From assembly GCA_951406725.2 (NCBI GenBank), contig OX597830.1, positions 53,630,001 through 53,694,000 on the forward strand: 64,000 nt of DNA, read 5' to 3'. The notes below the pieces were generated by a model. The model searched no databases. It was not told the DNA's origin and saw only the letters and a list, made by a program, of their open reading frames with translations. The position numbers were made by a program, and so were the translations under genes. Of the stretch, positions 54,148-64,000 are shown one piece after another (position 1 is the first letter of the stretch; the number at the start of each line of letters is the position of its first letter). The stretch is from Octopus vulgaris (Eukaryota).

Positions 54148-55211
54148 TGTAATGTCCCTGTATTGAAAAGTTGCATCATTAGTATCATTGTCATTATCAT
54201 GATCGTTATCATCACCACCACAACCACCACCAACACCATAACCTCTACCACCACCACCACCACCATTGTCGTCATCATATCAGTGTGATGTGACGTTGAA
54301 AAGTGCAATTCCATTTAGTATAGAGTACGTTTAGGGTCCTCTTCACGTAACCCGTGTGATGTGGTGATGGCAGCGCCAGTTGTAAATGCAGTGAAGTGGG
54401 CATCAGTTTAGATGAGAAGGGAGAAGGATATGTTGGTGGTGACTAACCACTTATGTAATAAATGTAACATGGTTTGTGACACTCCCATTAATTAGCTAAT
54501 TTGACCTCACATACACGCAACCCACTGTCTGGAGCTATTTTTATAGACCGGACTTTTTTTTAATAGCAAAATTTATTAATTAAAAGTTGTAATCACGTAT
54601 ACACAAGCAACTGAAGTGCACACAAATGCATGCACACATGCACATGCAACATGCATATATAACAGAAAACTAATAGATATATACGCAAATAACCAGGACA
54701 TGCAGATGCACAAATAAACAAAGCACACGCACTCAACTAAAACAACAACATGCATGTAGTCAGAAGTACTGACAGGGAATTTGAGATCTTTGTACTGGTT
54801 ATCAAATCTCCTATCAACATAAAAGATATTTTATGATAGTATGAAATTATATTATCACTAACTACTTAGTCAGGAATAGCTTAAGTAAAACTGGTCAACT
54901 ACGTATATATTTTATGGAAAACGGACGCTAAATGATGATGATGATGATGATGATGATGAATATATATATATATATCTAATATAGGATAAAATTTTATCAA
55001 TGGCCAGCATATTAAAAAATACCTTTAAAGGTTAAATTTATAAAGTTAGGGATTATGGGTGTAACCCACTAAGGGATAGTATTTATCCAATATACTGTTG
55101 GTAAAGTACCCAGATTCTTAATACATAAATGTTTTTAATTGCAATGCAATTAACTCATTTATTGTATTAAACGGGTGAAGGTAAAGAAATATTTTTACCG
55201 TAAATTTATAA

Positions 55212-55454
55212 TACAAATAAGAAAATGGAGAAACAAATTTAGTTTGTTCATCAACTTTTGGATATTAGAATGTTGAATTATTTATTCATATATTACGATT
55301 TTTATAATTTGTATTCTTATCTTATATGTATTGAATTATAAGATATATATGTATGCTTTTAAGGTTCTCATTTTGTTAATGAATAAATAATCCAACATTC
55401 TAATATCTGAAAGTTGATGAACAAACTAAATTTGTTTCTCCATTTTCTTATTTG

Positions 55455-55456
<2 letters not shown>
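55212..55456. repeat. Fold-back inverted repeat (about 78 bp arms, about 90 bp spacer)
   Basis: TACAAATAAGAAAATGGAGAAACAAATTTAGTTTGTTCATCAACTTT... at 55212-55289 is the reverse complement of 55379-55456, with about 3 mismatches. Confidence 0.9.
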
Positions 55457-55500
<44 letters not shown>

Positions 55501-55744
55501 ATCTTCCTTGTTTAATGATAAGGATTCAGTTGTTTGATCAACTGAATTACCTGCTCCTGAATTAATATGTAAGTGGCTGAATATTCTGCAGACATGTGTT
55601 CCCTTATTTTATCAACCCTGAAAAGGAAAATATGTATCAGTGAAGCACTGGGGTTAATGTAATTGATTAGTCTCCTCCCCCCGAATTTCAGGGCTTGTGC
55701 CTATTGTAGAAAGGATTGTAATAATAATAATAATAATAATATTA

Positions 55745-55963
55745 ATGGCTTCAAATTTTGGCACAAAACCAGCAAGTTTGGGGGAAGGGTTAAGTCGATT
55801 CCATCAACCCCTGTGCACAACTGGTACTTACTTTATCGATCCTGAAAGGATGAAAGGCAAAGTCAACGTTGGTGGCGTTTGAACTCAGAACATGAAGATA
55901 GATGAAATGACACTAAACACCTTGCCTGGCATGCTAATGATTCTACCAGCTTGCCTCTTTGAT

Positions 55964-55996
<33 letters not shown>

Positions 55997-57094
55997 ATAA
56001 CGATAATACTAAAACTGTTTTCTGATTTAGGCTCAAGCCAACGGTTTTGAGTGGAGATTTAGCTGATGCCATCCATCATTTCTAATACTAGACTGGTACT
56101 ATATTTCATCGACCCTGGTGAGCTGGCAGAAACGTTAGCGCGCTGGGTGAAATGCTTAGTGGTATTTCGCCTGTCGTTACATTCTGAGTTCAAATTCCGC
56201 CGAGGTAGACTTTGCCTTTCATCCTTTCGGGGTCGATAAATAAAGTACAAGTTTCACACTAAGTTGATGTAATCGACTTAATCCCTTTGTCTGTCCTTGT
56301 TTGTCTCCTCTATGTTTAGCCCCTTGTGGGTAGTAAAGAAATATATATTTCATCGACCCTGGGGGGATAATAGGCAAAGCAGAGTTTGAACACAGAACAT
56401 AAAGAGCTGGAGCAAATACCATGATATATTCTTTATGACATCTTTAGAATTTTGCCAATCCTCTGTCCAAATAATAACAATAATAATAATAATAATCTTT
56501 TCTACTCTAGGCACAAGACCCAAAATTTTAGAGGAGGATTCCAGTCGATTAGATAGACCCCGGTACGCAACTGGTACTTATTTAATCGACCCCGAAAGGA
56601 TGAAAGGCAAAGTCGACCTCGGTGGAGTTTGAACTCAGAATGTAAAGCCAAATAATAATAATAATAATAATAAATAATAATGATAATTCTTTCAAATTTT
56701 AGCACAATTTTAAGGTGAGGGATTTAATGGGTTATATTGACCCCAGTACTTAGCTGGTACTTCATCTTATTGAACCCACAAAGTTGAAAGGCAAAGTTGG
56801 CCTCAGTGGTACTTGAAAGTGAGAAGTTGGAAGAAATGCCATTATGCATTTTTTTCTCTGAGGTTCTAATGATTAGCATACTGGCCACTCTTTTAGCATT
56901 CAGATTATTCTGTTAAATGTAAGGAATCGTTTTGAATTAATCATATATTGTCTTGGAGTTTTGAGATTTCAACGATGTGATTGTTTATTTTGAAAATGAC
57001 ATTGTACAGGTGTGAGAGACCAGATCTAGATGGTTTGAACACAAAACAGGTAGAATATTTGGGCCAGTTATCACTGGTTTAAATGCTAAAGTGT

Positions 57095-57125
<31 letters not shown>

Positions 57126-57730
57126 TAATGATAATCTTTCTAATATAGATACAAAGTTTGAAATTTTGTGGGGAGGGGCTATTTGATTACAATGACCCCA
57201 GTGCTCAACTTGTACTTATTTTCTTCGACCCCTAAAGGATGAAAGGCAAAGTCAATCTCTGGAATTTGAACTCAGAATGACATGAACAAAATGCTATTGA
57301 CCTTTTTGCCCAGCATGCAAACAATTCTGCCACCTTCCTGCCTTAATAATAATATGTTTCTTTATTCCCCACAAGGGGCTAAACATAGAGTGGACAAACA
57401 AGGACAGACAAATGAATTAAGTCGATTACATTGACCCCAGTGCATAACTGGTACTTAATTTATCGACCCCGAAATGATGAAAGGCAAAGTCGACCTCAGC
57501 GGAATTTGAACTCAGAACGTAACAGCAGACGAAATACGGCTACACAATGATAATGATAATAATAATAATTCTTACTAATTTTGGTACAAGGCCAGCACTT
57601 TTGTGGAGAGAGGACAAAGTTCACTAACTCAATCTCTGGTACTTGTCTGATATTTTTTTAATCGAACCTGAAAGGATGAAAGGCAAAGCTGACCTTGGCA
57701 GGGTTTGAACTCAAAATGCAAACAGTTGGA
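55745..57730. mobile_element. Cluster of about 8 Nin-domain SINE copies and fragments separated by (AAT)n
   Basis: The Nin-like core GCCTTTCATCCTTTCGGGGTCGATAAA..AAGTAC is on + at 56117-56342 and on - at about 55830, 56580, 56760, 57220, 57460 and 57660. Confidence 0.85.
56887..57097. mobile_element. Possible TTAA-type (piggyBac-like) MITE
   Basis: The ends TTTAGCATT ... AATGCTAAAGTG-TTAA form short inverted repeats; the left end is degenerate. Confidence 0.4.
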
Positions 57731-60103
57731 ACATCTAACACATCTGACAATCAACCGCTGTAAAAAAGAAACATGTAATGAGGTAAAACTAAGTGGTATA
57801 ATGTCTACATATTTAGCCTAACACTTCCTGCTAATTCATGTTTATTGATTAGCCTTACCTCCATATTGATTTCTAACTAAGCTAGCAGACCTTATGTTAT
57901 TTAGTTATTCAGTATTAAACTTAACCAGATTGTACATTATTGAAGCGTTCATCAGTAAAAGCACCACTTCTTGTCAAAGTTTTAAACCCATTTGGAGAGA
58001 GATTTGGTTTAATATTTACAAAAAAAAAAAAACACATCAAAAGCCTTGTTAATGATTAACATGCATACAGGCACACATTCACACAACCCCTCTCAGGAAC
58101 CCATGCTTTCTCATGCATATACATGTTCACTCACGCACATGCTCTCTCTCTCCCTCTCTCTCTCCCTCTCAGACATGCCTTCTCCTCCTCTACTTTAAAA
58201 TTCCTTTTTAACATATGAGCTAGATTTGAGTCATTTCTGTACTTACCATGCACACACACACACACAAGAGAACAAAGGAAAGAGTTGTGAGAACTAAGCT
58301 CAACTACATGTGTGTGTGTGTGTGTGTGTATATATGTATAGTCTATAATATAAATTGGACGTGGGCGATCGTTATATTCTTTCTTGTCTTGAGGTTCACA
58401 GCCAAACAGCTGGGTGGATTCGCATGAAAAATGGCACACATATGGAGACAGATGCATAGATTGGAATGCAGTTTGTATTTTTTTCCTAACCCCCATACTT
58501 ACCTAAAAAAATCGATTAAAACATTTTCTAATGGAATTTACCTCTTTCTTCTGCCATTAAAAACAACCAGTTGCTTAGAAGCTGTTTTCTGATGGGGTGG
58601 GGTCAGGAAATTTTCACATAGCTGGAGCCTTCAATCGAAACGGACCTGAAATGATAAGGTTGACAAACGCTGTGCCTAACCGAAAACAATCACAGCCACA
58701 TCATCCAAACAGACCGGGTGAAACTGGGCTTAGCTGCTGGTTAAATATAAAAACAAGCATTAAATTCAAGGATTATTCAATGTTACAGTTGAGTAACATA
58801 TTTATTTTAACAAGGAAAATGTTGAGAGCGGCTTTGAAGTTTTGGCTTAGCAGCCATCATCGGACTGTAAATGAGGAAAGCAGTTCATCCACATTTACAG
58901 ACATGCTTGACTGCACTCATTATAATATCAGATAAATAAACAATTTCTCACTAAACCAACTTAACAGTTGCCACCTAACCGTTTCAAATAGAGCTTTTTA
59001 CTCTTATACTCAGGAAATCTCATTGCCATTCTTTCCTCTCTCCCCTCAGCCTATAAACATTTGTTTTTTTCCTCTGCGTCTCCATCCTCTTCTGTTGAAG
59101 AAGCCTGTTGTATGTATGTATGTGTGTGTGTGTGTATGTGCATGCTTCCTTGTCTAGACATCATGTGATGGTTGTGAACAAGCATAGGTGCAGGCATGAC
59201 TATCTGCTAAGTAGTTTGTTTCCCGGCCACATGGTAAAACTGACCTTAATGAGATTAGAACTCAGAAGGTGGAACTATATCTCATCCTTTCCTTAATGTT
59301 TTATGCTGAGGTGGAGAAGAATGTTTTATTGTTAAATTGGTTGGCATTTTGTGACTGTGTGTCTCTTTTGTGTCCATCCAGTAACTTCATGATCCCAGAT
59401 ATCCTAAAACCACTCCAGGATATATTGCTGTTGTGCATTGTCAAACAATAGAGTACAGCTTCCAATTTCTTTCGTATTTTGTTTTCAAAACAGGAAGTGA
59501 TCTCTGAAGTATGTCGGAAGCACTTTTGCTTCAGGAAAGAAGTGAAACTAAATTATTCCAACTTGGCAATAGAATTTAAAAGCAAGCAAGTGAAAAAACC
59601 CCACCAAAAACCCCCTCTAGTTTATTAAAATAAGGTTCTCTTTCAATTTTTAAAATTCTTTGTCATTGGATTGTGGCTATGCTGGGGAACTGCTTTCAAA
59701 GTTTTCAGTTGATTATATATCATTCCTCCACTCCAATATCTGTTAAAGATGACTGGCAAAGTTGGCTTTGATGTTGTGGTACTAAATAGGGACCAGTACT
59801 TTTGTTTTCTGCACTGATTTTGTTTAGGCATTCTTTGCTGATATATATATATATGTTCATGCTTGTGTGTGGTGAACTTGCACACAGTTTTTATCTACCA
59901 AATTCTATTCAGGAGGGCTTGGTTGACCCAAAGTACCATGAGGTGTAGTACTGAATCAAGAAGTATGTGACTGTAACTTATCCACCTCGTGATCTTGCCA
60001 GCATTCTTAAATGTGTTGATTAATCACATCTTTGATTGTAGCATTCATTCCACACACCCTGCCCCTGCCCACTCCCTAACCTACAATCCCTGTGTATGCT
60101 ACA

Positions 60104-60389
60104 TCTTTATATATAAAAGTCAAGTTGTGTGTCTGTCTCCTATGATTTAGATTCCTAACTACTCCCACATTTTGCAGTGCAGTTTAACCAAAACTGGGTA
60201 TCTTATAGTCGAGATTCATATCGAGCCCTTCTGGGTATTAGCGTGCGTCTACGATGGGTCTACGATTTAAAAAAAAATTTACCATCATTTTTTCCCCATT
60301 TTTAATGCATTTTTTGGCTATAACTCTCTAAAAGTGCTTATATAGTTATTTCCCTTACAAACCCAAGCAACGCCGGGCGATACTGCTAG
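60104..60389 (+). mobile_element. Non-autonomous Helitron (286 bp)
   Basis: 5' A^TCTTTATATATAAAA, subterminal imperfect hairpin CCCAAGCAACGCCGGG and 3' CTAG^T. Inserted between A and T with no TSD. Confidence 0.8.
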
Positions 60390-60994
60390 TGTAATAAATA
60401 AATTTATACCTATTTTATTTCATCAGCTTTAAGCCATTCTTGTAAAAACTTGAGTTGGATCTTGTGGCAATAGCTATATTTTAGTCACTTTATTTTCCTT
60501 TCACCAGACTTAAAAAAAAGTGCTGGGATTGATTTGTTTGATGAACCCCCTCAAATTGGTGCCCCAGAATGGCCACTTTCTCATGACTAAAACAAGTAAA
60601 AGATTAAAGATACAAGGTTCCCACACTGGATTCAAACTAAGGACCTTCAATTTTAAACTGGCTTGGTGCGTAAGGGCAGTATGATCTTTAGAGTTTAGAT
60701 ATAAGCCTTTCTGATTTTATTTCTCAGAAAACCCTTCCAGAACTATTGTTTAGCCTTCTGAGGAGTTGGGGGAATTAAAACATTCAGTTACTACAAATGT
60801 TAGGCCCCATAATCTCTGATGATTTCTCATAGCAACTCTATGTTTAACATTGATAAAACTATCTCAAATATTAGGGTTCCTGACCTTCTACTAAGTTAAC
60901 TAATTTGAGGGCATTTTGGCTGCTATTTCTAGTAAGTCAAATGATTGCACAAATGCTCTCCCATTGGTTCATACATAAGTGTTGCTGTTGCATG

Positions 60995-61275
60995 TGCTTG
61001 TTGTTGTTGTTTAACCCTGGTCAAAACTGTTCAACAAGAATTATCAATGATGCTCTGATCATGACCATCTTGTCTTGTAATTTTTTCAAACATATCTTAG
61101 ACTGTTTTATCCAAAATATCTAAGACATTAGGATGTGATTTGTGGGAGATTTATCTGTTATTTCTTAGTGTTGTTGTTTAGCTGTGTGTTAGTCCTGATC
61201 AAGCAGAGCTATGCTGAAAGACATTCCAACCGTGACTTACCATTTCACCTTAAGGCCATCTTCTACCTTTTACTT
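60995..61275 (-). mobile_element. Two copies of an (AAC)n-tailed dispersed repeat
   Basis: TTGTTGTTTA.CCC..GTC....TGA...ACATTCCA.CCGTGAC and ATTTG.GGGAGATTT..CTG.TATTTCT recur here and at about 35870-36010, 51790-51960 and 62705-62880. Family not identified. Confidence 0.5.
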
Positions 61276-61460
61276 GTCTCAGCCATTTTCAGGACTGTTA
61301 ACCATGCTGGGTTACTATTTGGGAGGATTTTTTGTTGAACAATTCAATCCTACTATTTATTTTTTCAGTTTGGTATTTAGTCTATCAGTCTCTTTTGCTG
61401 AACTGCTAAGTTATGGAGACATAAACAAACCATTACCAGTTAAGCAGTAGTGGTAGTGGG

Positions 61461-61516
<56 letters not shown>

Positions 61517-61519
61517 AAT

Positions 61520-61670
61520 GACAGGCTTCCACACAAATTTACCAAATTCTCTCATAAGGCATTGGTTAGCCTGGGGCTATAATTGACACTTGCCCAAGGT
61601 GCCCTGCAAGGGATTGACCCCAAAAGTACATAGATGCAAAGTGAGCTTCTTAATCACAGTCATGCTTATG
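61520..61670 (-). mobile_element. Degenerate CORE-type SINE fragment
   Basis: GACACTTGCCCAAGGTGCC and TACCAAATTC.CTCA.AAGGC match the 32789 family in reverse. Confidence 0.65.
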
Positions 61671-62200
61671 CCTTTGTAGGGTTTACATTACCTCTTCATA
61701 GTGTCATCCTGTTGGTAAAACATGATTCTAAGAAACCTTGCTGCTATTTCTAGCAAGTCAAGCCTCCGCCTGGACAGACCCTCACTACACCTTATCACCC
61801 GCTGCATCCCTCCCACCATTAGCTTGAAGCTGTAACTGTTGTATCATCTAATTCCTTATCTGTTGACTATGTCAGGGGTTAGGCGGTGGGCAGGAGAGGT
61901 GAAGACTGCTTGTTGCCATGAATTCCAAAGTTGGTTCAGATTACAGAATATAAAATATAATGTTTCCATATGCAGTTTATATTAAAGGACTGTTTTTTGT
62001 TTTTATTCTTTTCATTATCCTTCCTATCTCTTTTCTGATTGTTTGCTTCTTTTTTTTTTTCTATCTTTTATTCATTTATTGAGCTATCAAATACTCAATG
62101 TCTGTTCATATCTTGTAATCTTGTAGTTGTGATTATGATAAGAGTTACAGCGGTGGTTGTAGTGGTGCTGGTGGTAGTAGTAGTTGCTTACAGGTCAGAT

Positions 62201-62612
62201 TAAGGTGGCGAGCTGGCAGAATCGTTAGAACGTTGGGCGAAATGCTTAGCGGTATTTTGCCTGCCGTTACGTTCTGAGTTCAAATTCCACTGAGGTCAAC
62301 TTTGCCTTTCATCCTTTTGGTGTCGATAAATTAAGTACCAGTTACGCACTGGGGTTGATATGATCGACTTAATCCCTTTGTCTATACTTGTTTGTCCTCT
62401 CTTTTAGCCCCTTGTGGGTAGTAAAGAAATAGGTATTTCGCCTGCCATTATGTTCTGAGTTCAAATTCCGCCGAGGTCGACTTTGCCTTTCATCCTTTCG
62501 GGGTCGATAAATTAAGTACCAGTTATGCACTGGGGTTGATATGATCGACTTAATCCCTTTGTCCTTGTTTGTCCTCTCTGTGTTTAGCCCCTTGTGGGTA
62601 GTAAAGAAATAG
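62201..62612 (+). mobile_element. Nin-domain SINE with tandemly duplicated body
   Basis: GGTGGCGAGCTGGCAGAA head and GAGTTCAAATTCC B-box-like motif. The Nin core and CCCCTTGTGGGTAGTAAAGAAATA tail are each present twice (62201-62431 and 62432-62612). Confidence 0.88.
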
Positions 62613-63019
62613 GTCAGATTCACAGATTTTGTTTGTTTATTGGGTAGGGGGTACTGAAAGCTGGTGTTAATGGTTGTGGTGGTCTTACTAGTGTTGATAA
62701 TGGTGTTGTTGTTGTTTAAGCTTAGATCAGTTTTAGGTGTTTCTAGACATGACCATCCTGTTGTTTTCAAATGTTGTACATGGAACCCAGCCACATTATC
62801 CAATGTTTTCTTGTCTTAGATAGCAGAATATGATTTGAGGGGAAGTTGGCTGTTATTTCTTACAGGTCAGATAACCATTAGAGTCTTCCTCATTTGCTTC
62901 CGAAGACGGTGTTGTTATTGGTCACTATGGTATCAGTATTATTTTGATGAGGGCATGGTTGTTATGTTGTTGGCAGAGGTGTCCATTATCATCATCATCA
63001 ACTTTGAATGTCTATTTTC

Positions 63020-63132
63020 TTATTTCTTTATTGCCCACAAGGGCTAAACATAGAGGGGACAAACAAGGACAGACAAAGGGATTAAGTCGATTACATTGAC
63101 TCCAGTACGTAACTGGTACTTAATTTATCGAC
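63020..63132 (-). mobile_element. Nin-domain SINE 3' fragment
   Basis: Reverse complement of the 62201 element tail, abutting the transposase remnant. Confidence 0.8.
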
Positions 63133-63671
63133 TGTGCATAGTCCCGTGGCTTCAACTGTTGCCCAACGACCAATTTGTACAGGTGGAAATGCAAGTCTTC
63201 ATGCAAAATAAGCCTTACCGATTGATTACTGATGCCAATTCCAGTGGAATGCCTCTGAGAAGAGTGATTTGGACTCTGTATCAAAGCTTGTCTGATGTGT
63301 TCCACATTTTCCGGGGTCCATACCATTTGTGGCACCCCCACTGGTCTCCTGTTCATTAGTGCACCTTGTGTACGAAGTGCAATCACCCAACGTAGGATTG
63401 CGTTATGGGTGGGAGCAGCTTGATTTTGGTGAATGTTGAAGTTGTGCCAAGACTTATGCTGAATTGCTGTGACAGACTTGTTATTCTTCATGTAACTGTT
63501 GTAGGCAAACACGCGATGCTTTATCGTCCACAGTGCCATGGCTTCACCTGAAAAGAAAAAAAAAGATGTTAAGACACCATGGACCGAATGGTACCTGTCA
63601 GAGATATGTCCTTCCTCCTGGGGCTGAGTAATAGCCATTTCAAAAACGTCTGTCCTCTCTGCCCCACTCTG
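63133..63671 (-). mobile_element. Tc1/mariner-superfamily transposon 5' remnant: left TIR plus N-terminal DUF4817-like HTH transposase (ATG at 63539), catalytic domain missing
   Basis: TA-CAGAGTGGGGCAG end. Translation includes WTIKHRVFAY..SVTAIQ..PTHNAILRWV..TPENVEHIRQAL.QSP..S.RH...GISNQSVRLILHEDLHFHLYK. Many apparent Arg-to-His/Gln/Trp decay changes. Confidence 0.82.
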
Positions 63672-64000
63672 TACTAGTATTGAAGAAGATGATGATAATG
63701 TGTGTGTGTGCATGCGCATCTTTTAAATCTCTTGGTCCCCATGAAAAGTTGTGAGCTATAGACAGTGATGAATATCATTCTCAAGTCAACAAAATCACCC
63801 TCTAGCTCTGGGTTTTCATAGACTGTGTTATAAAAAATCCCTTACTAAAACACGTAGAAAAAAAGCAGCTGAGTGTTACCAACAGGAAGGGTATCCAACT
63901 GTAAAACAATTCCTTCATATTTATTCAATCAAATGGATATCCCCAGCCCTCATCCATCACACTTTACATCCACCCTTCAACCCTATCCAGTTTTTACAGT

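Overview
Repeat-dominated, non-coding eukaryotic DNA with no recognisable host protein-coding gene. The SINE/LINE repertoire and (TA)n/(TGTA)n load most resemble an octopus (coleoid cephalopod) genome; this is inference from remembered repeat families, not a search. Bases 1-24.7 kb are an almost pure A/T satellite domain with a 100-N gap at 7326-7425. It is built from a quasi-palindromic 13-mer (AAATAGAATCTAT) and an A-tract/TTAATTAA repeat arranged as a chain of kb-scale inverted blocks, with a small duplicated GC-rich hAT-like island near its end. Bases 24.7-64 kb hold a near full-length RTE LINE disabled by two in-frame TGA codons, a 5'-truncated CR1-group LINE with an intact RT ORF inside a large (TA)n field, and degenerate RTE fragments carrying a Cys-rich insert. 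They also contain a Tc1/mariner remnant, a non-autonomous Helitron, MITE-like fold-backs, three SINE-type families and long microsatellites. Most ORFs in the track are microsatellite artefacts. No new biological system is demonstrated. The best leads are the satellite architecture, a tandemly repeated pseudoknot-like motif in RTE-related 3' ends, the structured AUG-less RTE leader and a pre-miRNA-like hairpin. Most repeat boundaries are approximate.
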